A stretch of DNA of 64,000 bases, taken from contig CAVYNH010000007.1 of assembly GCA_963769885.1 (NCBI GenBank), positions 1 through 64,000 of the forward strand, written 5' to 3'. Under the pieces are notes generated by a model that was given only the letters and a program-made list of their open reading frames with translations, did not search any database and was not told where the DNA came from. The number at the start of each line of letters is the position of its first letter. The stretch's first letter is position 1. The stretch comes from Methanobacteriota archaeon. Lineage in GTDB: Archaea; Thermoplasmatota; E2; DHVEG-1. A program made the position numbers and the translations under genes. Below, in pieces: positions 48,555-57,740 of this stretch.

Positions 48555-48737
48555 ATGGGAAAAGACGAAGATCGAGACGAAGCGATAGCAGCTTTTTTAC
48601 TTGGTTTGATAGGTGGTGCCTTAGTAGGATATTTGTTGAAAAAAACCTTGGGAACACCATGCCCAAGATGCGGAACCCAGGTACCTCAAAGAGCATATCG
48701 GTGCCCGAATTGTGGAGTTACCTTGGAATGGAAGTAA
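48555..48737 (+). CDS. Small TM + Zn-ribbon protein
   Basis: AFLLGLIGGALVGYLL, then CPRC...CPNC. Confidence 0.75.
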   Translation: MGKDEDRDEAIAAFLLGLIGGALVGYLLKKTLGTPCPRCGTQVPQRAYRCPNCGVTLEWK

Positions 48738-48741
48738 ACTA

Positions 48742-49002
48742 ATGAGCGAGACAGAGGAGCAGCGGCTTTCAATACTTCATAAAAACTTCACGTTAGGTGT
48801 AAAAGCGTCCCTGCCGATTCTAGGTGGTTTGACTTCTTGGTGCTGTTATGGTTATTTTATCCAGAACACCCTAAATATATGGTTAATCCTCATCACTATA
48901 GGATTGTTCATAAGCACTATTGGCAGATGCCTCTTTGTTTGCATTAGCCCTTTTCGAGAACCAAAAATCAAGCAAGAAAAAAATTCCAATAAAGGCCCGT
49001 AG
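48742..49002 (+). CDS. Small 2-TM hypothetical protein
   Basis: Two hydrophobic segments; starts 4 bp after the upstream gene. Confidence 0.5.
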   Translation: MSETEEQRLSILHKNFTLGVKASLPILGGLTSWCCYGYFIQNTLNIWLILITIGLFISTIGRCLFVCISPFREPKIKQEKNSNKGP

Positions 49003-49094
49003 AATCAACTAGGAACCATACATACCATTTTAGGACAGAACAACCCCACGCGGCCGTAGATAATGCGCCGCAGGCCTGAAAGCAAAGCCCGTTT

Positions 49095-50087
49095 TCATGT
49101 GGTCAATGATTTTGTTATTTCGTTGCCTGATTTTTGGTCTTGACCGAGTGCGGGAAAACGGAATTTAGAGGCTTCGAGGTATTCCTCGATTATTTCAAAG
49201 GCTATCCATTTTCTCTTTAGCTCTTGTGCTACCTTGCCGGTTACATTGCTGCCAGCGAAGGGGTCTAGAACTACGTCATTTACACCTGTGAGGAATCGAA
49301 TGAAAAACTCTGGTAGTTTCTTAGGGAATCGGGCCGGGTGTGGTTTAATGCCCGCTACCTCACATTTCTTCAGGTAAGAACTATTAGCGTCGTTGTTGCC
49401 GAACTCTAGGAGATTCGGGGGGATTGCGCCCCCAAGGTCTTTGTTGAATTTCGGGGTGATCTTGTAGCCTGAGGGCCGCTCCTTTGGTCTGTACCCGTTC
49501 ACGAGGAGGTCTTGCATCGCCTTACTATAGGGCCGTAGAACGTTGCGGTTATCGGCCTTGGGGTACTCTGTTTTCGAGAGCCACCATACAGTATTCACCG
49601 CTGGCTTGACTCGTATTCGCCTTACGTTGACCCATTCGGCGGGAGTGGGTAAGGCCGCGGTATTGTACCAATAGATATCCTGGGCTAGGTTGAACCTGAT
49701 TTTTTGCTCTTTAATCGTTTGCTCCCTACAGAGTTCGATGGGGAGCTCAAAGTTATAGAGAGATTTCGTCGGTACTCCTTTATTCCAGCTTCCCCCGACG
49801 TCAATAACCAGGCTTCCATCCTTGGTTAAGACCCGGTGAAAATCGTATTTGAATGAGGAGACAAACCAGTTAACGTATTCCTCTGGGGCGACGTTGCCAT
49901 ATTTCTTCTTGAATTGGAGTGCAAACGGGGGCGAGGTCATTATGAGATTAACTGATTCATCTGGGATTTTCTTTAGTAACTCGATTGAATCACCGAGGTA
50001 GGCCGCTCCCCGATCCGTAAAATAGAAGGGATTCTCCTGGATTTTGTTTTTAAATGGGTTGATTATTGGGTTAATCAGTTGGTCCAT
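49095..50087 (-). CDS. Beta-class N4-C/N6-A DNA methyltransferase, M.PvuII-like
   Basis: MTSPPFALQFKKKYGN, AVNTVWWLSKTEYPK, HPARFPKKLPEFFIRFLT, LDPFAGS: closely follows M.PvuII as recalled. Confidence 0.92.
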   Translation of the reverse strand: MDQLINPIINPFKNKIQENPFYFTDRGAAYLGDSIELLKKIPDESVNLIMTSPPFALQFKKKYGNVAPEEYVNWFVSSFKYDFHRVLTKDGSLVIDVGGSWNKGVPTKSLYNFELPIELCREQTIKEQKIRFNLAQDIYWYNTAALPTPAEWVNVRRIRVKPAVNTVWWLSKTEYPKADNRNVLRPYSKAMQDLLVNGYRPKERPSGYKITPKFNKDLGGAIPPNLLEFGNNDANSSYLKKCEVAGIKPHPARFPKKLPEFFIRFLTGVNDVVLDPFAGSNVTGKVAQELKRKWIAFEIIEEYLEASKFRFPALGQDQKSGNEITKSLTT

Positions 50088-50090
50088 AGA

Positions 50091-50273
50091 TCACTCTTTC
50101 TTCTGGTTAAGTTTGTTTTTCGCTGAGGTGGAAATCATGGATTTTTCAGCCATCCATGCCAGGATAATATTACGGATAATCTCAGCGTCCCCGGTTCCCA
50201 TCTCGCCCCGGAATTTCTCGATTAGATTCCATTGCTCTTGATTGAAGACAACCTGAACTCGTTTTCGTTTCAT
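50091..50273 (-). CDS. Ribbon-helix-helix (CopG-like) regulator
   Basis: MKRKRVQVVF beta strand, then helix-G-x-G-DAEIIRNIILAW. Confidence 0.75.
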   Translation of the reverse strand: MKRKRVQVVFNQEQWNLIEKFRGEMGTGDAEIIRNIILAWMAEKSMISTSAKNKLNQKKE

Positions 50274-50367
50274 CTCTCGCCCCCCCCATCTTGAAAATAC
50301 ACACTCAAGACACACCTGAGATAGTCTTGCCTTATATTAAGTTTTCTGATTTTTAAAGCCTAAGGGC

Positions 50368-50904
50368 ATGGTTCACAAGCTGGAGAAGGTTTTTAACGCC
50401 TCGAAAGAGGACATCCTGGATGCGATTTCGCATGGTTTCAGAGCGCAGGTGGATGTCAAAGGGAAACTCGCTGAACTCTATCTCGATAAAATGTTAACGA
50501 AACTCCAGAATGCAGGAACCATAAGTGACCTCCAATGGAATGACAAAGACGGGGAACCGGACTTTTATTTTACCTATGAGGGCCGGAATCATCGCCTCGA
50601 ATGTAAGAACCTCCGAAATGAGGTATTCACAAAGCCACCCTCCTACAAGGTTGAGATTCAGAAAACCCGAAACTCCAAGGATGGAACCAATACAAGGAGT
50701 TACCGCGTTGATCACTTTGATACTCTAGCCGTCTGCCTCTTTAATCAAACCGGGAAATGGGAATACCGCTATATCAAAACTATTGATTTAGAGCGAGTAG
50801 ATAATGATCCCCGTCTCCTTAAGATTATGCAAAGAGTCCCTAAAACCCTAGTTGAACCTTGGAAAAGCGACCTTCTTGATGTCTTAAAAGTGAAAAATCT
50901 TTAA
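50368..50904 (+). CDS. PD-(D/E)xK nuclease, putative type II restriction endonuclease
   Basis: GKLAE, EPDFYF, LECKN, FDTLAVCL; divergent from the MTase. Confidence 0.75.
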   Translation: MVHKLEKVFNASKEDILDAISHGFRAQVDVKGKLAELYLDKMLTKLQNAGTISDLQWNDKDGEPDFYFTYEGRNHRLECKNLRNEVFTKPPSYKVEIQKTRNSKDGTNTRSYRVDHFDTLAVCLFNQTGKWEYRYIKTIDLERVDNDPRLLKIMQRVPKTLVEPWKSDLLDVLKVKNL

Positions 50905-50961
50905 AGCAAACCTGCTATATGCTTTATAATTTCAGGGAGAGGCATCAATTAAGGAGCATTC

Positions 50962-51375
50962 ATGGAAGGGTCAAAGCAAGGGGATGAAAAATACGTCGAA
51001 ATAAACGGGAAGAAATACCCTGCCTCCCTGTGGGATGAAAAATATGGGGAGAAATACGGAATAGATCACTATGCCACAAGCCTGTCTCTTTATCACAGGA
51101 AAACCATTCAAATGCTTCTAAATTTGAAAATCATTCAGTATTATCAACCTCCTGACGGGGTAGATTTTACCTGTGTTTTAACCCCAGATTTTGTCGCTCG
51201 ATGTGAGAAACGTTATACTGAATCGGGTAACAAGAAGTTTCAATGGGACGACTTGTTTAAAGAGATAGGGAAAGAAAACGGGGTGAGGTTGGGAGGGAGG
51301 TTGTTAAGAGATATGATCGAGTTTATATTATTCGTCGATAAATGGGGGAATAAAGGACAGATTTGGCTTCGATAA
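50962..51375 (+). CDS. Hypothetical protein
   Basis: AAGGAG SD; 137-aa ORF. Confidence 0.6.
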   Translation: MEGSKQGDEKYVEINGKKYPASLWDEKYGEKYGIDHYATSLSLYHRKTIQMLLNLKIIQYYQPPDGVDFTCVLTPDFVARCEKRYTESGNKKFQWDDLFKEIGKENGVRLGGRLLRDMIEFILFVDKWGNKGQIWLR

Positions 51376-51397
51376 ACGGGTGATATGGAGGTAGATT

Positions 51398-52354
51398 ATG
51401 ACTGATGAACCAGTAAAAATGCGAAGACGTATAGATTTTGTTATGGAACCTCAAGTAATAGATGCGAAAAAGGGGATCGTCGGGGTTTCTCTTGTCCCCA
51501 ATCCGAAGAGATATGATTGGGTAACCGGAAAGGATGGAAAGAAGTATTTGCATGATAAATTTGATGATTACCTTATGCCTGAAGACCTTCTACAAGACCT
51601 TGCGAAGAGTATGGAAGGGCAGCCGATATTTTACCAACCCCCTGAGATTGAGGATGCTGATAAATATGTTGAATCAAGAAAACCCCATGTTTCAAAATTG
51701 ATCGAGAGTGGCCAGACTGATATTCAGTTCAAAGATAAATCTGAAGAATACCTTGAATCACTCGCTGTAGATAACCTCGGTTTTGCGATAATGTCAATAG
51801 ACTTAGTTGGCTCAACCAAATTAGTCCAGGAACTTGGCGAAGAAGGCTATACTAGAACGATTCAAACTCTGCTCTATGAAATGAGCAATGTCATTCCAAA
51901 ATTCAAAGGTCAAGTTTTAAAATATACTGGAGATGGACTTATTGCATATTTCCCAGAGCCTAATTTTATTACTAAATGCGACTTAGCTTTAGATTGTGCT
52001 CTCACTATCAGAAGACTTGTTTATAATGGACTGAATCCTCTTCTTGAACAGCATGGTCTTAAAAAGGTAAACATAAGAATTGGATTAGATGCTGGCAGTG
52101 CATCAGTTATCATCGTCGGAAGTCCAGAGACCAAACAACACAAAGACATTATTGGATCGGTTATCAATATTGCAGCGAAAATTCAAGCAAAAGCCACACC
52201 CGGAGGCATACTCATTGGGGATGAGATGCAGAGAAACTTGCATACAGATTGGAAATTACACTGTAAAAAATTCCCCATTGAACCCTGGCCCTATAAAGAT
52301 AAACAAGGAAAGCCTTATCCAGTTTTCAGATACGAAGATGAAGAAAGTCGATGA
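51398..52354 (+). CDS. Class III nucleotide (adenylate-type) cyclase with unknown N-terminal domain
   Basis: SIDLVGST, LKYTGDG, RIGLDAG, KDIIGSVINIAAKIQ. Confidence 0.9.
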   Translation: MTDEPVKMRRRIDFVMEPQVIDAKKGIVGVSLVPNPKRYDWVTGKDGKKYLHDKFDDYLMPEDLLQDLAKSMEGQPIFYQPPEIEDADKYVESRKPHVSKLIESGQTDIQFKDKSEEYLESLAVDNLGFAIMSIDLVGSTKLVQELGEEGYTRTIQTLLYEMSNVIPKFKGQVLKYTGDGLIAYFPEPNFITKCDLALDCALTIRRLVYNGLNPLLEQHGLKKVNIRIGLDAGSASVIIVGSPETKQHKDIIGSVINIAAKIQAKATPGGILIGDEMQRNLHTDWKLHCKKFPIEPWPYKDKQGKPYPVFRYEDEESR

Positions 52355-52372
52355 AGAATCGTTTAAAGGCGA

Positions 52373-52876
52373 ATGAGTGAAAATATGACTAGAACCAACC
52401 AGTTCAGGAAAGAATTTGTCGATTCATGTACGATGATTGGCTCTAGTATTATAACCGCAATTGTTTTTTACCTTGCATTAATCAATTCATGGCCTTATCA
52501 ACAAAAACTACTTTGGATTATTGTTTTCGTCTCTATTTATCTGGCATTTTTAGCTGCCAGCATACTTTTTTTGGTTCTATTCTATACGGCCTCCCACTAT
52601 TACGGCGGCTACAAAGATTTTCTCAAGAGATTGATTCCCGGTATCGCGGGAGGCGTGATAGTATTCACAGTTACACAGTTCATGGCGAGGCTCCCTAATA
52701 ATCCCAATATCGTTGATACCGTTATCCCTAATATTCTCTGGACTGTGGCAGATGTCTTCCTGGTATTCATAATCTTATTTTCCCTGTATCTGGTCGTTGC
52801 ATTAACAAAAAAAAGAAACACCAAGATACGAAGAAAGCCGCTCTACCCCGCCCGATCAACCGGAACCTCTAACTAA
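52373..52876 (+). CDS. 4-TM membrane protein
   Basis: Four hydrophobic helices and a basic tail; 18 bp downstream of the cyclase. Confidence 0.7.
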   Translation: MSENMTRTNQFRKEFVDSCTMIGSSIITAIVFYLALINSWPYQQKLLWIIVFVSIYLAFLAASILFLVLFYTASHYYGGYKDFLKRLIPGIAGGVIVFTVTQFMARLPNNPNIVDTVIPNILWTVADVFLVFIILFSLYLVVALTKKRNTKIRRKPLYPARSTGTSN

Positions 52877-53080
52877 CGATGGTAAAACGAAAAAATCCAA
52901 GCGTGGTAAACCGTAGCATGAAACTATAGGCAGATTTATATAGAAGATTCCGACTTGGGATGGTTTGACCTCCTCATTTTTGGTTCTCTCCTGTAATTAG
53001 GTAAAACGGCTTTTGCTGCTTACTTTAACCAAAAAGGAGTTCGGCAAGATCTAAGTGTTTAACGTAAGCGTCCTCAGTTC

Positions 53081-54043
53081 TTATTCCAAGGTTTGATCGA
53101 TGATTTCTTTCAACTTCTGTTCTCTTTTATCCGGGGTGTAGCAGGCGAGGATGCGCACTCGGGCTGGTGCCCCGGGTAATGTTAAGGCTTTCTTGATGGC
53201 AGCGACTGTTTTTTCAACGTCACCATACGGCACCACGATGCCTGTGCCCCCGGCGATCTCGGCAATTGCGCCCTTATCTGAGACAACGGGGACGCACTCA
53301 CACGCCATCGCCTCGCCCAAAGCCACGCCGAACGCCTCATGGAATGATAGTTGGCAGTAGACTTTGGCTTCCTGATAGTAGTGAAGAAGGGCGTCGTCAG
53401 TGACAAAGCCAGTGTACTTGACGTTACCGATCTTTTGTGCGGCTAACTCCGCCGCGATGTCGTCCTCTAGGCCGCCGATGACCGCAAATTCCAGGGGCTG
53501 GAGCTGTCGCGCAGCTTCGAGAAAGGTCTTCAGTCCCTTTCGTCCAATATTTTTACGGTTCACAAAACAGGTGGTGACAACGAGATCGCGTTTCTTGCCG
53601 GCGGGGTAAAACTTCGTGGCATCCACAATATTATACACCAACCGGGATGCGGGGTACTTCGCGTTATTTTGGATCTCTCGCTGGTTGGTCTCCGACACCG
53701 CGAGCACCACTGTGGCGTGATCAAGGACGAATCGGACCATCCGACTGGTGAGCGGCCGGGACATGAGGCCGTACTGGAACTGCGGTTCACAGGCGACGTC
53801 ATAGCCGCCCGCCACAACGATGACAGGACGGTGGATGAATCGCGTGACGAGACTGGTCAGCAATGCATGATAGCTTGCGAACCAGATGTATACTGCGTCT
53901 GATTCCCATATGGCATGCATGAATGCTCCGAGGCGGCGGATGTTAAAATGGATTGGAAGAACGGCGTAGTGTTTTGATAAGAGTTCGATGTCCTTGCGGA
54001 CAAAACTTGATTTCTTTAGGTAGATGACCGCGATTTTTTTCAT
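53081..54043 (-). CDS. Glycosyltransferase family 4
   Basis: RKGL, HEAFGVALGEAMAC (EX7E motif). Confidence 0.92.
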   Translation of the reverse strand: MKKIAVIYLKKSSFVRKDIELLSKHYAVLPIHFNIRRLGAFMHAIWESDAVYIWFASYHALLTSLVTRFIHRPVIVVAGGYDVACEPQFQYGLMSRPLTSRMVRFVLDHATVVLAVSETNQREIQNNAKYPASRLVYNIVDATKFYPAGKKRDLVVTTCFVNRKNIGRKGLKTFLEAARQLQPLEFAVIGGLEDDIAAELAAQKIGNVKYTGFVTDDALLHYYQEAKVYCQLSFHEAFGVALGEAMACECVPVVSDKGAIAEIAGGTGIVVPYGDVEKTVAAIKKALTLPGAPARVRILACYTPDKREQKLKEIIDQTLE

Positions 54044-54057
54044 TGTCTGATTCTGGA

Positions 54058-54717
54058 TTATTTCTTGACTTTTTCCCAGTCCTTTAGAAAACTCTTGATG
54101 CCGTTGTCGGTGAGGGGGTGTTTGACCATTTTTCGGATGATTTCGGGTGGCACGGTGGCGATGTCGGCGCCGATGCGTGCAGCGTCGATGACGTGGATGG
54201 GGTGCCGGATGCTGGCGACGATGACCTCGGTCTCGATCTCGTAGTTGTTGAAGATTTCCATGATTTCCTCGACGAGCAGCATGCCTTCCTGGCCGTTGTC
54301 GTCGAGTCTGCCGATGAAGGGGCTGACGAACGTGGCGCCGGCCTTGGCCGCGAGCAGCGCCTGGTTCGCAGAGAAGATCAAGGTCATGTTGGTCATTATG
54401 CCTTGACGGGACAGGGTCTTGACGGCTTTGAGGCCCTCAGGCGTCATGGGGATTTTGATGGCGATGTTCTTGCGGTATTTCTCCGGGGTCTTTTTGACGA
54501 GGTCCTGGGCTTCTTTGACCATACGGTCGGCTTTTTCGCTGATGACTTCGAGGCTGATGGGTCCGTCGACGATGGTGAAGATCTGAGTGAGGACTTCTTG
54601 GAAGGTGTAGCCGCATTTCGCTAGGAGCGTGGGGTTCGTGGTGACGCCGTCGATGACGCCCCACGAGGCAAGCTCCCGGATTTCGTTGAGGTCTGCGGTG
54701 TCGACGAAAAGTTTCAT
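54058..54717 (-). CDS. tal: Transaldolase / fructose-6-phosphate aldolase (TalC/Fsa family)
   Basis: [34 protein letters not shown]. Confidence 0.95.
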   Translation of the reverse strand: MKLFVDTADLNEIRELASWGVIDGVTTNPTLLAKCGYTFQEVLTQIFTIVDGPISLEVISEKADRMVKEAQDLVKKTPEKYRKNIAIKIPMTPEGLKAVKTLSRQGIMTNMTLIFSANQALLAAKAGATFVSPFIGRLDDNGQEGMLLVEEIMEIFNNYEIETEVIVASIRHPIHVIDAARIGADIATVPPEIIRKMVKHPLTDNGIKSFLKDWEKVKK

Positions 54718-54868
54718 GGTCAGTTCACATCCTGGCGGTTGGGTATTTCCTCTGCGTTCATAAGCATTTGGTTATAGCCTTTTCCAGATATGAAATGATA
54801 TACGTCAAAAAGAATCGAAACATATATATATCCACGTATACATTACATGTCCTTGCCAGGAGGGGATA

Positions 54869-55024
54869 ATGCCTCTTACTCGGAAGGCGCGCATGGTGGG
54901 CAGTAGCCTCGTAATCACCATTCCGAGCCAGCTCGCAAAAGCCCATAATATCAACGATGGGGATGCACTTGAGATCATACCGTTAGGGATGGGAGAATTC
55001 AAAATTCGGAAGGTAAAGAAGTAG
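54869..55024 (+). CDS. AbrB/MazE/SpoVT-family DNA-binding protein (51 aa)
   Basis: MPLTRKARMVGSSLVITIPSQLAKAHNINDGDALEI; GGAGGG SD. Not in the ORF track. Confidence 0.88.
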   Translation: MPLTRKARMVGSSLVITIPSQLAKAHNINDGDALEIIPLGMGEFKIRKVKK

Positions 55025-55025
55025 G

Positions 55026-55051
55026 GGTGCCCTGGGTGGAGACAGGGCACC
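55026..55051 (+). terminator. GC-rich hairpin directly after the abrB stop codon
   Basis: GGTGCCCTG-N8-CAGGGCACC, perfect 9-bp stem. Confidence 0.5.
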
Positions 55052-55112
55052 TCACATGCACTCTTACAACGAAACCAAAAAAAGGGAAGGATGAAGTAGT
55101 GAGGAGAGACCC

Positions 55113-55445
55113 ATGAGTGTCACTGGGCCGCATCAACAGGGGCTGCATGCAGATGTCCAGCTGCTGTCTTTGGAGAGCGGCCCGGCACTCGGGGTTTTCG
55201 TCTCCCTGGGAAAAGCCCCCTTGGTGCTAGTCGCGGTCCCGCAGGGGTATGTGATGTGCGGGTATTTGAATATGGAGACGGCGACCAAGCTTGGTGACTG
55301 CGCCGGTCGCGTCACAGGGGTATCTTCTTTTGAGAATCTACTCGCCGCACCCGTCACCTGGGTGTCTGAGGCGGCGAAGGCGCGCGAGCTGCGTGAGGGG
55401 ATGACCGCGCGGGAGTTCCTGAACGCGGCGGCAAAAACCCATTAG
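55113..55445 (+). CDS. YunC/DUF1805 family protein
   Basis: GYVMCGYLNME, AGRVTGVSSF, GMTAREFL. Confidence 0.88.
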   Translation: MSVTGPHQQGLHADVQLLSLESGPALGVFVSLGKAPLVLVAVPQGYVMCGYLNMETATKLGDCAGRVTGVSSFENLLAAPVTWVSEAAKARELREGMTAREFLNAAAKTH

Positions 55446-56602
55446 TACGCATTCTTCAGGATCGAGTAGACATCGGTCTCGTCAAGTCTTCTGAACTTGC
55501 CGATGTCGCTTGTGGAGACGATGCTGTGGGCCATGTCCTTGAGTTGATGTTCTTGGACGCCGACGTCCTTGAGCCGCGTCGGCATCCCTAGGCTTGTGAA
55601 GAATGCCTTGGTCCGTTCGATGCCTTTCTTGACGATCGCCTCTTTTTTTCTGCCTTCGATGCCCCAGATCCGCTGGGCATAGTCAACGAACCGGCTGGCG
55701 GGGTCCTCACCGCTGACGTATTCCATCCAGACAGGAGTCAGGATGGCGAGGCCGATGCCGTGGGTGACGTCGGTGACCGCGCTGACCTTGTGTTCGATGG
55801 CATGCGTCGCCCAGTCTGCGATTTTTCCGTAGGTGATGAGGCCGTTGAGGGCGAGGCTGCTGGTCCACATGAGTTGGGCACGGGCGTTGTAGTTGGTCGG
55901 CTCGCGCATTGCGATAGGCCCGAATTTGAGGACTGTGTGCAGGAGCGCCTCAGAGATGCGGTCCTGGACGTAGGTTTCTGGGGTGGGGCTGAAGTACTGT
56001 TCGAGGATGTGGCTGTAGATGTCGACGACGCCGGCTGCGGTCTGTTCCCGGGGGACGGTAAAGGTCAGGCTGGGGTCGAGGATTGAGAACTGGGGGCGGA
56101 GCAGGTCGGACCGGACGGCGAGCTTCTGCTTGGTCTGGGTGTTGGTGATGACGGCGTTGCCGTTCATCTCGGAGCCGGTGCCGGCAACGGTGAGGGCCGT
56201 GCCTAGGGGCAGAGGGTGTTGGACCTGGGCGTCGCCGGTCATGAAGTCCCAGGGGTCGCCGTGGTAGGGGACGCCGGCGGCAATGGCCTTGGCGCAGTCG
56301 ATGACGCTGCCGCCGCCGACCGCAAGGAGGAACGTGAGATCGTGGTCGCGGCAGAGGCGGATGCCGTCATTGACGCTGGCAAGGCGGGGGTTGGGCTGGA
56401 CGCCGGGGAGCTCCTCGTAGGTGATGTGATGGGTCTTGAGGATGGCGGTGATTTCTTCGTACATGCCGAGTCGTTTGATGCTACCGCCGCCGTAGACGAG
56501 CAGGATGCGGTGGGAGTATCTGGGGATTTCGTGTTCGAGGTTGTGCAGGGTGTCGCGGCCGAAGTATACGCGGGTTGAGACTGCGTACTTGAAGTTCTCC
56601 AT
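55442..56602 (-). CDS. Iron-containing alcohol (butanol) dehydrogenase
   Basis: YGGGSIK, PNPR, AVGGGSVIDCAK, GTGSEMN, WATHAIEH, HGIGL. Confidence 0.95.
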   Translation of the reverse strand: MENFKYAVSTRVYFGRDTLHNLEHEIPRYSHRILLVYGGGSIKRLGMYEEITAILKTHHITYEELPGVQPNPRLASVNDGIRLCRDHDLTFLLAVGGGSVIDCAKAIAAGVPYHGDPWDFMTGDAQVQHPLPLGTALTVAGTGSEMNGNAVITNTQTKQKLAVRSDLLRPQFSILDPSLTFTVPREQTAAGVVDIYSHILEQYFSPTPETYVQDRISEALLHTVLKFGPIAMREPTNYNARAQLMWTSSLALNGLITYGKIADWATHAIEHKVSAVTDVTHGIGLAILTPVWMEYVSGEDPASRFVDYAQRIWGIEGRKKEAIVKKGIERTKAFFTSLGMPTRLKDVGVQEHQLKDMAHSIVSTSDIGKFRRLDETDVYSILKNAY

Positions 56603-56696
56603 CTATTTCAGTCCTCCACCAGGGAAATCGTGTATGGGGTGTGTTATTTTAAACATTCTGAGAAACAAAGAAAATAAGGAGAGAGAATTAATCTCT

Positions 56697-57569
56697 TTAG
56701 GGCGGGTTAGGCGGCGTCGGCGACAGTGGAGACTCTTCAGTAGTCGGGGCCGCTGGTTTTTCTTCTCCTTTCTTCTTGCTTGGGCGGTCCGCGATGATGC
56801 GAATGAGGTAGGCGAAGACGATGATGACGATCATGACGGCGGTGTAGGCGGCGAGGTCCGGCTGGATGCCGTATTTAGGAGGGTCGGGCTGGAGACGTTT
56901 GATGATGATGCCGATGTAGGCCCAGACGAAGACCAAGGTATACGGGAGGTCGCGGCGGATCCAAATGACGAGGAGGGCGACGATGGTGGCGACGGCGAGG
57001 ATAGTGCCGAACCAGGTGGCCTCGCTGATGCCGAAGCCGTCCCAGCCGATGGCGACGAGGTAGGCGGTAACGTTGGCAATGGTGGCGACCGTAATCCAGC
57101 CAAGGTAGACGCTGAAGAGCAGACGGGCGCCGACCCATTCCCTTCGGGGAGCAGTGGTCTTGCCGATGCCCAGGCGGGTGTAGATCTCGATGAGTGACAG
57201 CAGCAGGATGACCATGGGCAGTAGGGTCCAGTTGATGTATTTGTACTGCCAGATGAAGATCCAGGCGATGTTGGCGGCGCAGCTGAGCATGAAGTAGCCG
57301 CCGATCTTGGTGACAGTCTCAGGGACATCGCCTTTCCGGACGCCCTTAAGCTGGTAGACGAGGAAGACGATGATGAGGGCGTAGATGATGCCCCAGATGG
57401 CGAACGTGATGCCGCTGGGGGTGAAGAGGTTGTTGACCTTTAAGGCGTCGATGACATCTCCTGTTTTAATGTTATTAATAAAGCCGATGCCAGCGAGGAT
57501 GTTGACGGCGATGGTCGCAAGCCCGAGGATGAGGTTACCTGCCTGCAGGAGGGAGTGTCGTTTCACCAT
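56697..57569 (-). CDS. TspO/MBR-related tryptophan-rich membrane protein
   Basis: FTPSGITFAIWGIIY, NIAWIFIW, FSVYLGWITVATIAN. Confidence 0.82.
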   Translation of the reverse strand: MVKRHSLLQAGNLILGLATIAVNILAGIGFINNIKTGDVIDALKVNNLFTPSGITFAIWGIIYALIIVFLVYQLKGVRKGDVPETVTKIGGYFMLSCAANIAWIFIWQYKYINWTLLPMVILLLSLIEIYTRLGIGKTTAPRREWVGARLLFSVYLGWITVATIANVTAYLVAIGWDGFGISEATWFGTILAVATIVALLVIWIRRDLPYTLVFVWAYIGIIIKRLQPDPPKYGIQPDLAAYTAVMIVIIVFAYLIRIIADRPSKKKGEEKPAAPTTEESPLSPTPPNPP

Positions 57570-57740
57570 ATCCTTGATTCCACCTCTCGTGGTAGTGGTG
57601 GACATCGTGCTGCCTGTTTATCTATCTATTGCGCTGGTCTTTCAGGATCATCGCCCATCTCAGGGGCAACATGATTGGAAAACTGAACGGCAGGCCGAGG
57701 CTTGATAGGGATGTCGTCGAGGATTGAGTTCGCGATGCTC

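Larger units (their letters stand above)
48084..53050. mobile_element. AT-rich horizontally acquired defence island (approximate bounds)
   Basis: Abrupt drop in GC and loss of the host strand-skew pattern; carries R-M genes, a cyclase and TM proteins; no integrase or att sites identified. Confidence 0.6.

Noticed and set aside
56612-56640. ORB-like CCAGGGAAAT...GGGGT
   Set aside because: Overlaps the SD/promoter of the ADH gene, single copy and a poor match.
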